A stretch of 64,000 nt of DNA from Amoebidium appalachense (GCA_963693365.1 CAVNZM010000013.1:2880722-2944721), one strand, 5' to 3'. Positions 1-23,081 are shown, numbered from the stretch's first letter. Made by a program: numbers and translations. Notes: a model not told the origin generated them from the sequence alone.

Positions 1-55
1 TTTACCCACACAAAATAACAGCAAGGGCTTCTCCGTTTACCCACACAAAATAACA
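1..55 (+). mobile_element. 3' end of an LTR of a second copia copy of the same family (element extends left of the window), with a 35-bp tandem duplication of the LTR/host junction
   Basis: CTTCTCCGTTTACCCACACAAAATAACA (28-55) matches the LTR end at 1261-1288 with one mismatch. The unit ...AAAATAACA-GCAAGG repeats with period 35. Confidence 0.8.
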
Positions 56-574
56 GCAAGGGGGGCGACCTCCAGGCGCTCGGGTAGGGTGGGCCTGGTT
101 GGGGGGGGGAAGGAGAGGGGTTTGGACGTTGAAAGTGGGGGGGTAGGTGGGGTACTGGGGGAAGTGAGGGTAGGTCTGGTAGGGGAAGGGGGGCATGCTG
201 TTGGGGGCCGGTGGGGGGGGGACGGGATGGTAGGGGTTGGTTTGAGGGGGGTGGTAGGTCGGGTTGGTGGGAGGAGGGTAGTGGGGGTGGGTGGTAGGGT
301 TGGAGGTTGGGTTAGTGTTGACGTTAAACAGTGCCGGGGCGGCGCCGGTGGGACGGGCGAACGCATTGCCCACGCCCGGGAGGTGTGCGGTCAGCTCCGG
401 GTTGAGAGGCATCGAACGTGCTTGCGCCCATGTCTGCCACAGCAGGGCAAAGTTGGCGCAGTCGGTGCCGGCTTCGCTGAACAGTCGGCGCCCGTGTTTG
501 AGCTTTTTGCCGTCGTTCATGTTGACGTCCACCGCGTGGGCTGCCAGCTCGAACACCTGTGTCCATGTCTGGGG
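56..574 (-). pseudogene. gag: 3' part of a Ty3/Gypsy-like gag ORF interrupted by the copia insertion
   Basis: Removing 580-6969 plus one TSD copy joins 7346-6970 in frame to 574 downward: ...FKYDPTVDN|PQTWTQVFELAAHAVDVNMNDGKK..., followed by a proline-rich tail. Cut again at 55 by the second LTR. Confidence 0.7.
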
Positions 575-579
575 GTTGT

Positions 580-1288
580 TGTCATCTTCACTTGATTCTC
601 AGCAAGACTTAGAAGTTGAGTTTTGTATTTATTTATTAGTTGTTGTAGTTTGTTTCCTTTTCCTTTCTTCATTTCTTTCTTTCTTTCCCGTTTCCGTGTA
701 CACGACATCTTAGATCTGTGTACGTATCGACATACTTAGCTCGCGCACACGTATTGTCGTTTGCGTCAAAATCTATATATGTCATCCAATCATATCTCGT
801 TTGTATTTTCCCAAATATAGTAACTTACATTCCTTTCTCATTCCTTTCCCACGACGTAGCATTGTGCTATGTTCTTCAACTATTAGGAATAATTATATTT
901 AGACGTGTTATGATAAGAACATGTATAAATGTATGTTATGAATTAATAGTTATATAAGTGGTTTCATTTTGTTAAATGTTTCCGTGCTTTTATTAGAAGT
1001 TTCTTTCATTAGAGGATTGAGTTTTATATTCTATGTGTCGACAGACATTTTAATCGATATATTTTACACTCATAGTTTTCGTCCTTTTGATTGGTTTATC
1101 GTTTCACATTCCCAAGTATAAAAGGGACCTCATCTTGAAATAAATCATAAGCAGTCGTATTCATTTCCTATGGTTCCAGAAATCGTACCTCCTCTCCGGT
1201 TGTGTTTTTTCCCGTGTGTCTCTGTGTTGTGTATATCATAACACCCATCTGTGCTCTCTGCTTCTCCGTTTAACCACACAAAATAACA
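580..1288 (+). repeat. 5' LTR (709 bp)
   Basis: Begins TGTCATCTTC, ends AATAACA. Direct repeat of 6260-6969. TATAAAA at ~1117. Confidence 0.95.
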
Positions 1289-1300
1289 GGTTTACGGCCC
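1289..1300 (+). promoter_or_regulatory. Primer-binding site, copia half-tRNA type variant (GGTTTACGGCCC)
   Basis: Directly follows the LTR. Same layout as the copia-type GGTTATGGGCCC half-tRNAiMet PBS, but with TAC in place of ATG. Confidence 0.6.
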
Positions 1301-1363
1301 CTTTGCACGCTAACACACAATCTCGTTACAACCGCGACATTCCTCAGTCTAACTGCTTCAATC

Positions 1364-3790
1364 ATGACTGACAAACCGTCGTATATCAACCTTCCAATAT
1401 GGAATCCGTCCGAGAAACGAGACGAGAAACGTCTTAATTATTTCGAGTGGGAGCCACTCATTCACCGGTTCATTAGAACAACCATTGCCGAGAAATTCGT
1501 TGACGCTATCAAGAGGCCACAGTGGGTTGATGGCGCTGAAGCCAACCAGTGGCTAGGCTACACCACCAAGGACTCCTACAAGAAAGCTTCCGACGTCCTC
1601 GACCAGATCCTCAACCAGTCCGTCCACCCGACCGAGCTCTACGACTCCGGCCGGATGCAAGACGGTGTCCACGGTGGTGAAGTCTTCCACAACCTACGTA
1701 TGGCGTATGTAGCAGAGAAGGAGGCCCGAGTCACCCAGATCCAAGTCACCTTCGAGGAGCTTGAACTACGAGACTACCCCAACGTCACAGCATACCTCAC
1801 CCGTCTCCAACGTCTGGCTACGACACTTGCCTCCCTCGACGAGCCCGTCCAGCACAAGGATGTCGTACGTAAGTTCTTCCTTCACCTCAGGAAGAACACG
1901 GCCCTGGTCTGCTCCGACATTGAACGTCTCTGCTCCGACTACTGGATGAACAACAAGGCCTACCCGTCCTTCAACCAGCTCATCAGTGACATCCGAGGAG
2001 CTGAAATCCGTGCCGGCCTCATCGACGCAGGCACAGGTGCAACCGTCAACAACCGTCCCCTCCGTGCACTCCAGAGCAGAGTGCTTCCCCCCGGTGACCT
2101 CCGTAACCGTATTCCTCGACGTGAGCATACACCTCACCGTTCCCCATCCCGTTCCCGTGATCCTCGTCCTTCCTCCAAGTCACCAGGCCCCCGTTCAACT
2201 TCCCCTTACCACCGTGGTAACAGGGACAACCGTAACCGACAGCACAACACCAAGAAGGTGGAGTGTTCCTACTGCCATGAGCCCCACCACATCACAGCAT
2301 GCCCGGAGCCTGGCTGTACTGTTGCTCGTCGTGCCAAGCAGGAGAAAGGCGACAAGAGTGTGAAATTTGCACTCATCTCCTCCACCGGCACACCAGACAA
2401 TAACGACCCCGTCTGGGACAGTGCTTGTAATGCACATATCTGCCCCATCAAGGAGTATTTCTCCTCCCTTACCCCGTGTCCTCCCACCCCCATTCACGGC
2501 CTCGGCACTGTCAATGCCAAACAACGTGGCATCATCAACATGACACTGCACTACAACGGCCACCCAACACCGTGCAGCATCAATGCTTACTACGTACCCG
2601 AGTCACCGTCTTTCCTCGTGTCTACCTCCATGGCCTCAGCTGCCGGCCTCCTAGGTCATTGTGACGATACAGACAACCACCCGTCGTTCCTCTACAGCCG
2701 TAATGGTGACATCATTTCAGATCTCACCCCCCTCGACGGTCTCTACTACATCACTGACTATGTGATTGAGACTCCTAAACACCCGGGGGTCCAAGCCTAC
2801 ACAGCAAGGACTCAACCCCCCGCCGACCTCACCCTTTGGCACAACCGTCTCGGCCACCGTGCCCTCTCCACCGTCACCAGGATGGCCAAAGATGAGCTTG
2901 TCTTCGGCATGCCCACCTCCCTGAAGTCACCCGACAACAGTGACTGCTTCGGCTGCATGGCTGGCAAGACCACCAAGGCCCCTTTTACCGGCACCCGTTC
3001 CAAGTTCACCATTCCCGGTGCTAAGTGGCACCTGGACTTCTTCGAAGCTCCCTGTGCTTCCTACGGAGGCTACAAGGTTGCTCTGGTGTGTGTTTGTGAT
3101 GCCACCGGATACACCACCGTGTTCCCCCTCTACAACCGTGGTGAAACACTCAGCTACATTCAGTCTCTCGTTGAAACCATTGAACGTCAGACACCTGAGA
3201 TCGTCACCCATCTTCGGTTTGACTCCGGCTCTGAGTTCACCGCCAAGGACACCGAGGCCTACTGCAAGCAGAAAGGCATCATGATGGAGTTTGCCCCCGT
3301 CGACACACCACAACACAACGGTGTTGTTGAACGGAAGATGAGAGAACTGCAAGAGACAGTCCGTTGCTTCCTCCATGCCGACAAGGACCAACCTCTCTCT
3401 CCCAAGTTGTGGGTTGCTGCTCTCAAGCATGCTGGCTACATCATCAACGTCACACCGTCATCTGCTGCCAACGGCAACACTCCCTTCGAGGCCTTCCACG
3501 GCTTCAAACCCGACGTCTCCCAGCTCCACGTGTTCGGCTCCCCTGCCTATGTGCATGTTCCCCGGTCAAAGAGGAACAAGCTGGCATCAACCGTCAGAGT
3601 CGGCACCTACGTCGGCTGGGACCTGCCCTCCAAGGCACACAAGATCCTCGACCATGCCAGCAACCAAATCAAGATCTGCCGTGATGTGATCTTCGACGAG
3701 TCCAAATTCACGAGCAGCACCAATCAGGTCTCCGTTCCCCCCAAACCCGATCTGCCGACATTGGACCCCCCCCTCCGACGACGACGATGA
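1364..3790 (+). CDS. gag-pol: Copia polyprotein N-part: Gag, zinc knuckle, aspartic protease, integrase
   Basis: Knuckle CSYCHEPHHITAC; protease VWDSAC; integrase zinc motif WHNRLGH...CFGC; DDE in WHLDFF / RFDSGSEF / NGVVERK; DVIFDE end motif. The frame is broken only in C-runs at 3766-3910. Confidence 0.93.
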   Translation: MTDKPSYINLPIWNPSEKRDEKRLNYFEWEPLIHRFIRTTIAEKFVDAIKRPQWVDGAEANQWLGYTTKDSYKKASDVLDQILNQSVHPTELYDSGRMQDGVHGGEVFHNLRMAYVAEKEARVTQIQVTFEELELRDYPNVTAYLTRLQRLATTLASLDEPVQHKDVVRKFFLHLRKNTALVCSDIERLCSDYWMNNKAYPSFNQLISDIRGAEIRAGLIDAGTGATVNNRPLRALQSRVLPPGDLRNRIPRREHTPHRSPSRSRDPRPSSKSPGPRSTSPYHRGNRDNRNRQHNTKKVECSYCHEPHHITACPEPGCTVARRAKQEKGDKSVKFALISSTGTPDNNDPVWDSACNAHICPIKEYFSSLTPCPPTPIHGLGTVNAKQRGIINMTLHYNGHPTPCSINAYYVPESPSFLVSTSMASAAGLLGHCDDTDNHPSFLYSRNGDIISDLTPLDGLYYITDYVIETPKHPGVQAYTARTQPPADLTLWHNRLGHRALSTVTRMAKDELVFGMPTSLKSPDNSDCFGCMAGKTTKAPFTGTRSKFTIPGAKWHLDFFEAPCASYGGYKVALVCVCDATGYTTVFPLYNRGETLSYIQSLVETIERQTPEIVTHLRFDSGSEFTAKDTEAYCKQKGIMMEFAPVDTPQHNGVVERKMRELQETVRCFLHADKDQPLSPKLWVAALKHAGYIINVTPSSAANGNTPFEAFHGFKPDVSQLHVFGSPAYVHVPRSKRNKLASTVRVGTYVGWDLPSKAHKILDHASNQIKICRDVIFDESKFTSSTNQVSVPPKPDLPTLDPPLRRRR

Positions 3791-3934
3791 AACTCCGTCT
3801 GTGGTCATCTCCCAACCGTCCTGGCACAACCAACCAGCCCCGGTTGAACCCGTGCCTCCCCCGAGCCCCCCCCCCCACTGGCCAACAACCCTTGCTGCCG
3901 GCCCCCCCCCGTTGCTGTACATCAACCCGGCTAC

Positions 3935-5737
3935 ATGACTCCGGTTCGTCCTGGGTCCCCCACCTTCCACTCGGCCTCGAGCAGCCCTGTGGACACCGAT
4001 GCCCCCCTCACCACCGGTCCTATTCCTGGCTTCCATGCCCCTATCCCGGCCTCCACCACCTACCCGGCCACCACCCCCCTCAAGGACCCCCCCAAGCCCA
4101 ACCTTCGTCGGTCTACACGTCTCACCAAGACTCTAACGGCACTGGTCAGCATCATAGCACCGACCATCAACATTGACCAGCTCCCCAAGGGCATTCAAAA
4201 GCTTTGCAACGGTCCCAACGGTGATGCCGTCATAGCTGCCCTCACCTCCGAGTACCAAGCCTTCATCACCAAGGATGTCTTCACCATTGTTGATCCCCCC
4301 CCTAGTGCCAACATCATCAAGTTCAAGTGGATTGTGACTGAGAAAGTCCTCAACTCAGCCGGTGACACCAAGATCAAAGCTCGTGGTGTTGCAAAGGGCT
4401 TCACTCAAGTCTACGGTGTTGACTACGGTGACACCTCTTCCCCCGTGGTGATGTCCTCCTCCGTCCGTGCCCTCCTTGCCATCGGTGTGGACGGCAACCA
4501 TGAGATTCATCAACTCGACGTCTCAACTGCCTTCCTCAACAGTCCTCTTCACGAAGACATCTACATTGAGCCACCACCTGGCTTCATCACCCCCGGCAAC
4601 GAACACAAGGTCTGGAAACTTAAGAAGGCACTCTACGGCCTCAAGCAAGCATCACTGGCCTGGTATGAGTACTTCGACAAGGTCCTCCTTGCTCACCGTG
4701 ACGGTCTTGAACGTCTCCGTTCAGATCCATGTGTCTACATCAAGACCTTACCCAACGGTGACATCATCCTCACTGGCAACTATGTGGACGACGTCATCAT
4801 CATCTGCACGGCCAACTCTTCCCACACCAAGGATCTAGTAGACCACATCATGAAGTCAGCTCTCTGCAAGGTTGACCTTCCCGACATCTTCCTTGGCACC
4901 CAGCTCATCCACACCCCCGGTCACCTCAAGCTGCTTCAACAATCCTACATCAACGACATCGTCAGAGACTTCAACCTCAACGATGCTCACCCCAAGGCTA
5001 CTCCCATTCCCGTCGGCACCGTCATCACCATCAACGAGAACGACTCACCACCCATCAAGGTTCCCTACCGTGAACTACTCGGCCGTCTTTTGTGGGTTGC
5101 TCGTTGTTCCCGGCCCGACATCTCCTTTGCCATCGGCTACCTCGGTAGATTCAGTGCCAACCCCACCAAACTTGCATGGGAATGTCTACTCCGTGAAGTT
5201 CGGTACCTCATCGGCACTTCCAACCTCGGCCTTCACTACGACAAGTCTGCATCCGACGACAACGTCCCCTTGCTGGAGTGTTATTCTGATGCTGACTTTG
5301 CCAACTGCCCCAACACCCGTCGTTCAACCACCGGATACGTCATCTTCTTCAAGGGCATACCCATCACATGGTATTCGAGGCTGCAGTCCATCACGGCAAC
5401 ATCCACCACCGAGGCTGAGCTTCTAGCCATCAATGCTGCTGTTCAAAACGTCATCTGGCACCGTGATCTCCTCCGTGAACTCGGCTACCCGATGACCGAC
5501 CCCACCCCCGTCTACTGTGACAACCAGTCCACCATTGCCCTCCTGCACACCAACAGCATCAAACACCGGACCAAACACATTGCAGTCCGGTACCACAACA
5601 CGAAGGACTACATCAAGAGTGGGGATGTGGTTGTCACCTACGTGTCCAGCAAAGACAACGTGGCTGACATCTTCACCAAGCCCCTGCCCGGGCCCTCCCA
5701 CGAGCAGCACCGTGATTCACTCAGTCTTCATGACTGA
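3935..5737 (+). CDS. pol: Copia polyprotein C-part: reverse transcriptase (RVT_2) and RNase H
   Basis: KARGVAKGF, QLDVSTAFL, LKKALYGLKQA, YVDD, SRPDISFA, YSDADFA, TKHI, ADIFTK. Same frame as 1364-3790. Confidence 0.95.
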   Translation: MTPVRPGSPTFHSASSSPVDTDAPLTTGPIPGFHAPIPASTTYPATTPLKDPPKPNLRRSTRLTKTLTALVSIIAPTINIDQLPKGIQKLCNGPNGDAVIAALTSEYQAFITKDVFTIVDPPPSANIIKFKWIVTEKVLNSAGDTKIKARGVAKGFTQVYGVDYGDTSSPVVMSSSVRALLAIGVDGNHEIHQLDVSTAFLNSPLHEDIYIEPPPGFITPGNEHKVWKLKKALYGLKQASLAWYEYFDKVLLAHRDGLERLRSDPCVYIKTLPNGDIILTGNYVDDVIIICTANSSHTKDLVDHIMKSALCKVDLPDIFLGTQLIHTPGHLKLLQQSYINDIVRDFNLNDAHPKATPIPVGTVITINENDSPPIKVPYRELLGRLLWVARCSRPDISFAIGYLGRFSANPTKLAWECLLREVRYLIGTSNLGLHYDKSASDDNVPLLECYSDADFANCPNTRRSTTGYVIFFKGIPITWYSRLQSITATSTTEAELLAINAAVQNVIWHRDLLRELGYPMTDPTPVYCDNQSTIALLHTNSIKHRTKHIAVRYHNTKDYIKSGDVVVTYVSSKDNVADIFTKPLPGPSHEQHRDSLSLHD

Positions 5738-5738
5738 G

Positions 5739-5777
<39 letters not shown>

Positions 5778-6250
5778 TTTCATCTACAGTGGTCTTCAAG
5801 TAGGTTGGGGCACTGGCCAGTGGTCTACACATCACCGTGTAGAGACACCTCCCAACGAAAGTCTACTGCTGTCTTCATCGATCTTCAGTGGGTGCATCTT
5901 CAGTGGGGATTTCTTCTCCACCATCCGTCGTTTATTTATATACCATCATATATATAATGTATAAATCATTTGCCACCAACACGTCAAACATACACTAGTT
6001 GTTTTCTTCTATATATATTTATATATCGTCATTGGCTACCGTCATGTTCCGAGTCTTCAGAGGCAACCGTCGTTGTGTGCTTCTCCCGTTTTGGTTTTCT
6101 TCACCGGCTTGCACCTTCAAGTCTTCTCCATTGTCTTCTCGAGTGGGGAAACTTGACTGTGACTTCACGGCACCTACTTCTACATGTGTGAGAGTCTTAA
6201 CATCAACAGTCACATCAACAAACTTCACGAGAACCCAACTTCCAACCCTT

Positions 6251-6259
6251 GAGTGGGGA
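6251..6259 (+). promoter_or_regulatory. Polypurine tract
   Basis: GAGTGGGGA immediately 5' of the 3' LTR. Confidence 0.75.
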
Positions 6260-6969
6260 TGTCATCTTCACTTGATTCTCAGCAAGACTTAGAAGTTGAG
6301 TTTTGTATTTATTTATTAGTTGTTGTAGTTTGTTTCCTTTTCCTTTCTTCATTTCTTTCTTTCTTTCCCGTTTCCGTGTACACGACATCTTAGATCTGTA
6401 TACGTATCGACATACTTAGCTCGCGCACACGTATTGTCGTTTGCGTCAAAATCTATATATGTCATCCAATCATATCTCGTTTGTATTTTCCCAAATATAG
6501 TAACTTACATTCCTTTCTCATTCCTTTCCCACGACGTAGCATTGTGCTATGTTCTTCAACTATTAGGAATAATTATATTTAGACGTGTTATGATAAGAAC
6601 ATGTATAAATGTATGTTATGAATTAATAGTTATATAAGTGGTTTCATTTTGTTAAATGTTTCCGTGCTTTTATTAGAAGTTTCTTTCATTAGAGGATTGA
6701 GTTTTATATTCTATGTGTCGACAGACATTTTAATCGATATATTTTACACTCATAGTTTTCGTCCTTTTGATTGGTTTATCGTTTCACATTCCCAAGTGTA
6801 AAAGGGACCTCATCTTGAAATAAATCATAAGCAGTCGTATTCATTTCCTATGGTTCCAGAAATCGTACCTCCTCTCCGGTTGTGTTTTTTCCCGTGTGTC
6901 TCTGTGTTGTGTATATCATAACACCCATCTGTGCTCTCTGCTTCTCCGTTTAACCACACAAAATAACAG
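6260..6969 (+). repeat. 3' LTR (710 bp)
   Basis: Direct repeat of 580-1288, followed by TSD GTTGT. Confidence 0.95.
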
Positions 6970-7346
6970 TTGTCGACCGTGGGGTCGTACTTGAAGCCCT
7001 TAAAGGCCGACTTATACTGTTTTTGACGGATAAGGTCGTGGAAAACGTCGAGGAAGTCTTGTTTCAACAGGGGCCAGTTGTTGTTGTAGTGTCCCTGCAG
7101 CAAGCGTGGTTGAATGGTGCTGTGGAACAAAGGGGTGGCGGTGGTGCCTAGACACTGTGGGAGCATAGTGTGGCGGTGGTTGCCTGCATAGGCTGCTCCG
7201 CTGGTCGCCTGCTCGAACGACTCAATCCACAGCGCGGCATTCTGGCTCGTTTCGTACTTCGGGAGTGCTACGGGTGGGGCCTGTGCTAGCTGCATAGCCC
7301 GCAGCGTTGTCGACAACTCGGTGATAGCTTGAGCGGCAGCTGCCAT
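6970..7346 (-). pseudogene. gag: 5' part of the Ty3/Gypsy-like gag ORF, interrupted by copia
   Basis: MAAAAQAITEL...LPKYETSQNAALWIESFE...WPLLKQDFLDVF resembles a retrotransposon capsid N-terminal domain. It lies downstream of a candidate LTR + PBS. Confidence 0.7.
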
Positions 7347-7651
7347 GTTGACAACAAATTTTCGTAGGTCGGGGGGAATCCGTTGTGTATCCGATGGTTA
7401 TCCTAGTAATCCGATGTGGTCCATGTAAACTATTAAGTATATCTCTATTTTGGGCTATCTTTTGATTGCTTCATAGTGTGTGGGCTAGACGTGAGGCCTT
7501 GGTCACGCGGTCAAGTTGATATGTGGAATGTGGTGTTGTAGCAGGATCCAGTTTGAATCCGCGTGAATCTGTACTGTGTTTGATGGTCTCACCGTGCGGG
7601 CTCCCTGCAAAAAACGTGGGAAGCGTACTGGGCACCACAGAGGGAGACCTT

Positions 7652-7866
7652 CCTACCCTGTTACCATGTAACAACGTAATGAACGGGATGGCCTCGACAC
7701 CGGGGACACGAGTTTGGTTTGTGTTTATGTGAAGGAAAAAAACTGAAGCTCCTGGCTCCGGCCCCCCCTTTTATACTGCCGTCTTTATTGTGACGGGGGG
7801 GCTCTACGTTCCGGGGGGGTTCTTCACATATAGGGTTGCTAGGGGTGGTCGGTATTTTACGTCACA
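7652..7866 (-). mobile_element. Candidate 200-bp 5' LTR (7866-7667) plus PBS (7666-7652) of the host Gypsy-like element
   Basis: The minus strand reads TGTGAC...TATAAAA(7775-7769)...GTTACA, then TGGTAACAGGGTAGG, similar to a tRNAiMet PBS (TGGTA[G/T]CAGAG). The second LTR is not in the window. Confidence 0.6.
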
Positions 7867-8648
7867 TCTACACAGGTCTATACATGCAGATGCCATTCAA
7901 AAACAACTCCCACCTGAATTACAAATATAATAAGATGCTTAACAATCCACACATATATTTCATGAGGCTATACTCACACCTCTTTTCGGCAATGTTAAGT
8001 GTATGCCTGTATGTATAATAGCAAGTTGGTACCCACACGGATCGGTCCAAATAGTTTTGGAATGCAATTCAATTCCATAGCTCGTGTTGAATGGTTGAGC
8101 CTATCCTTTGAGAATTCCACACCAAATAGCAGAGAATAGGGCTCACATGACTCGATTGATGGTTTGAAACCAAAACTCGTGATTATGATGTCGAAAAAGA
8201 AATGTAGATCTACATATTGTTGGTTTATATGGGGAGGCATTTCACATATGAATACATGTCTAAGAGTGTTTCCTTTTTTCCCCCCTCTATGTTTTTCGTG
8301 GAATCTTTTCCTATCATATTCCCATTCCATTCTTTCGATACATTGAACCTGCCCCATTCATGAGCTCACGTCTCAGCGCACGCGTTCATGAACACTGACA
8401 AACACAACATCGCGAATAGGTCTGAGTAAGCATAATGCTCAAGTCACAAATATGCCATGCATGGGTCCTAAGTTTTAAAGCAATATTTATAACACGTGTG
8501 TGTGTTTTGTGTATGTGTGTGTGTGTGTGTGTGTGCGTGTGTGTGTGTGTGTGTGTGTGAACCCACGCGTGTGTGTGCGCGTGTGTATGTGTGTGTGCAC
8601 CCGTGTGTGTGTGTGCGCGCGCGCGTGTGTGTGTGTGTGTGTACGTGT

Positions 8649-8747
<99 letters not shown>

Positions 8748-9504
8748 CACGTGTACATGTGTGTGTGTGTGTGTGATACATACCCGCACACACACACACA
8801 AAAACACGGTGTCTGATCACCAGTGCCAGTGATGACATTCGGCACCACAGTCCTAAGATTGCAAAAATTCCCAATACACCGGCAGCAGCCCACGGCAAGT
8901 CCTGACGCTACATAGTGACGGTGTGTATACCTGGCTCTCTATAGCCATGAGTTACCAAAGTGCGAAGATACTGTAGCTAAGGCTAAGCTGGAATTTAACT
9001 AAGCTGAAATTCACTGGCTAACTAGCCTGAGGGCCATGCATATGTATACATGTTAATATCAAAAAGGTGTAGAATACGAACCCCCAAAAAGTGTACCCAG
9101 AACTACAGTCCACCCTTTCTTCTCCATTCATCATTGAAACAACATCGCACCGATATACCAGATTGGTCATTGGCACACACACATTTGAATTTTAAAATTT
9201 TGAACGTGGCAGAGCATGTGACATATTTGAGCCTCTTACAAAGTCCCCCATGAAAGGCCATACGCCGTCGGGGCAAGGGAGCAAGATCATTCACGCACGC
9301 ACGCACACACACACGCACGCACGCACACACACACACACACATACACACACACACGCACGCACGCACACACCACACGCACGCACGGTGTCACTGATTGCGA
9401 TTTGGATATGATTTATGAAAACAAGCTTGGCCCAACACATTGTTGTATGAGACATATTATTATTCACGAGTGGAAGGTGCCACCTTGCGAAAAACAAAAA
9501 ACAT

Positions 9505-9550
<46 letters not shown>

Positions 9551-9551
9551 G

Positions 9552-9587
<36 letters not shown>

Positions 9588-9863
9588 GTCATTCAATTTG
9601 CAGAATTTTTCCAATCAACGAAACCAGAGATACTGCACATGTATGTGTACCCCTGATAAATGTGCATTCGAAAACTCTGTTACGTAACATTCAACGTTTT
9701 TTTTTACAATCTAGCGTTTCAGGGGGTGAATTAAACCTTGCTGTTAAGCACATACAAAAAGAACACATGTAAGTAGGAATCAAAATCAAAGGGAGTGTGC
9801 TATAATAATTCCTGAATTGCAATAGACTAAGCATTCACCAACCTCCCTGCCCCAATATATAGT

Positions 9864-9981
<118 letters not shown>

Positions 9982-10322
9982 ATGCGAACGCATGCGTGCG
10001 GAGCGAGGGTTGGGGGGGGGGGGGGGAGGGGGGGGAGGGAAGGGTTGTGTTGTGCAATAGCACACACAAACAAGTTCGGAGAGAAGAACAATTGGTGTGG
10101 AAGGACATGCATACAGAAGAGTGTACTCCTGGACCGACAGAGTCTAAACTAACTTACGTTGAAGAGATCACAAATAGTAGAACTTTACATATATACTAAG
10201 GGACAGAGCGAGAGAGCAAAAGATTAGAAAAGGCCTTAGGGGGACCAAAAAAGAAAGAGAGAAAGCAAGCCCTAATAATATTTCAGTCCCCGTTTTCAAA
10301 CCACAACCATGATTTCACAATT

Positions 10323-21276
<10,954 letters not shown>

Positions 21277-21392
21277 CTTGGCGGCTTGCCTCGTGAATTA
21301 ATTCAAATCATTGGTCAAACTCTACAGTTTTACCTCTATCTAAACGATATAATTGCTAATGGAAAGATTTGGTTGTTGTTGGGTGGGTGGGT

Positions 21393-21445
<53 letters not shown>

Positions 21446-23081
21446 AAGGATGCAAAAGGCGCCAACCACCCTAACAGCGCCTGACGCACACCAACGAGCT
21501 TAGTAAACCTTTGCTAACGAACCAAACAGTGAGTGAGATAAAAAACAGTAAGGCCTCCTTTGCTCAATAACTGCTCCGTATTCAACTCTGATCAGAATGC
21601 ACTATGCGTAAATCTGTAAATAAATACATACAGACCAATTTAGATTTACTAAAATGTGTTTGCTTCGCTCTAGGGAGATCCAGCCAGCCGAACTGTCGAA
21701 ATGAAGGGCTGAGTGATAGGCGGTCATATACCAAATCCTGCTTATAATGCTTAAAATCAATAATTTGAATAGAAAAGGGGTTTTGCTCCATTAATAAATA
21801 ACTTGATAAACAGAGCGACAAGCAACTCTTGTATAAGTAACATGGGGTGTCCGGCGCCTATTTCGTAGCGAAAACAGGCAAAAACCATAATTTCATCATA
21901 GACCATCGACCTCGAGGCAAGGTGGTAAGAGGCTATGCAAGACGGGTTTTGATGATTTTAGCGATGTAGGCGTTGTCGGAGCACCCCGACTGCTTGTATC
22001 ATTTTTGCGCGCCTTTTTATATCCCAAAACTTTTTCTTATGGACGAAAACCAACTTTCTAAGTAAAATCGGGGCCAAACTGCTTTTGAGAGGCTGTCGGT
22101 CTGAGATTTTGGCCTGTCACACCGCCTGAGCGGCCCTTACCTTGGCCCTTACTTTTGGCGCAACCAATCACAAGATTCGGATTGTTCCGGTGAGCCAGGT
22201 TACTAAATTTGAGCCGTATGGACCACTTTGGATCTATAATAGGCCGATCTGTGGAATGCGGCTCTGGAGCCATAGGGCCTTCCCGTGTGCAGACTGCGCA
22301 GCCGCGGCGCCATGGTTTTCCGTGCGAAACTTACAACACCTACAAGAACTGAAGCGACTCTATCTAACCTACTTTAAGCTAGTATAAGCGCATTTTTAGA
22401 GTAGTGAGTAATTGTATATGACACAAATAACAACAGTTTAAAATATTGGTTAAACAATCAAAAGCCCCGCACGCACATGCCTGCTCATCAGTAGAGCTGC
22501 AGTCTACCTCCGGAGTCTAGATCTGTGGACGTGGTTGTATGGTGTGTGGTTCACGGAACTATGGTTAGAAGACGCCGTGACGTGGCCCAGTAGAGTGAAA
22601 AAAGAACCTATAAGAGCCAAAGGTTATGCAGAGACCACTTTATCCCGGTCACTGCAACTTTTTTTGTGTCATCGACAACAAGCCACTACACCTCAAACCT
22701 GTTACCGGAGCTTTTCCCACTGTACGCCCGTTCTGAAGGTGCAAACAGTGGGGTTTTGGTGCTACCACTCAGAACAAGCCAAATAAACATGACTTGGTTG
22801 TTCAGGCATAGGCTCAAGTTTGTCCCACCCCCATCATGCTCAACTTATACACTGCCCATAACCACCCACCTGCCCGCCCCTGACTGCATGGGAAGGCCCG
22901 CCCGTACTAGTCCCCCCTCTACACAACTAACTTAGGCAAGAACACCGGGCCGTAAGAAACACACACACACATACAAACAAAAATACACACAAACACACAC
23001 GCACACACGCACACACGCACACACGCACACACACATGTCGTACACACACACACACACACAGACACACACACACACCAGAGT

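Larger units (their letters stand above)
580..6969 (+). mobile_element. Full-length Ty1/copia LTR retrotransposon, recent insertion
   Basis: TG...CA LTRs 580-1288 and 6260-6969 differ by 2 substitutions and 1 indel by eye. 5-bp TSD GTTGT (575-579, 6970-6974). PBS and PPT present. Domain order gag-PR-IN-RT-RNaseH. Confidence 0.97.

Noticed and set aside
5617-6259. Extra AGTGGGGA PPT-like copies (~5618, 5902, 6142) in the copia 3' region
   Set aside because: Short motif with no evidence of function beyond the LTR-adjacent copy.
7995-8960. Possible minus-strand exons (120-aa ORF and a hydrophobic segment)
   Set aside because: No recognisable motif and no consistent splice model.
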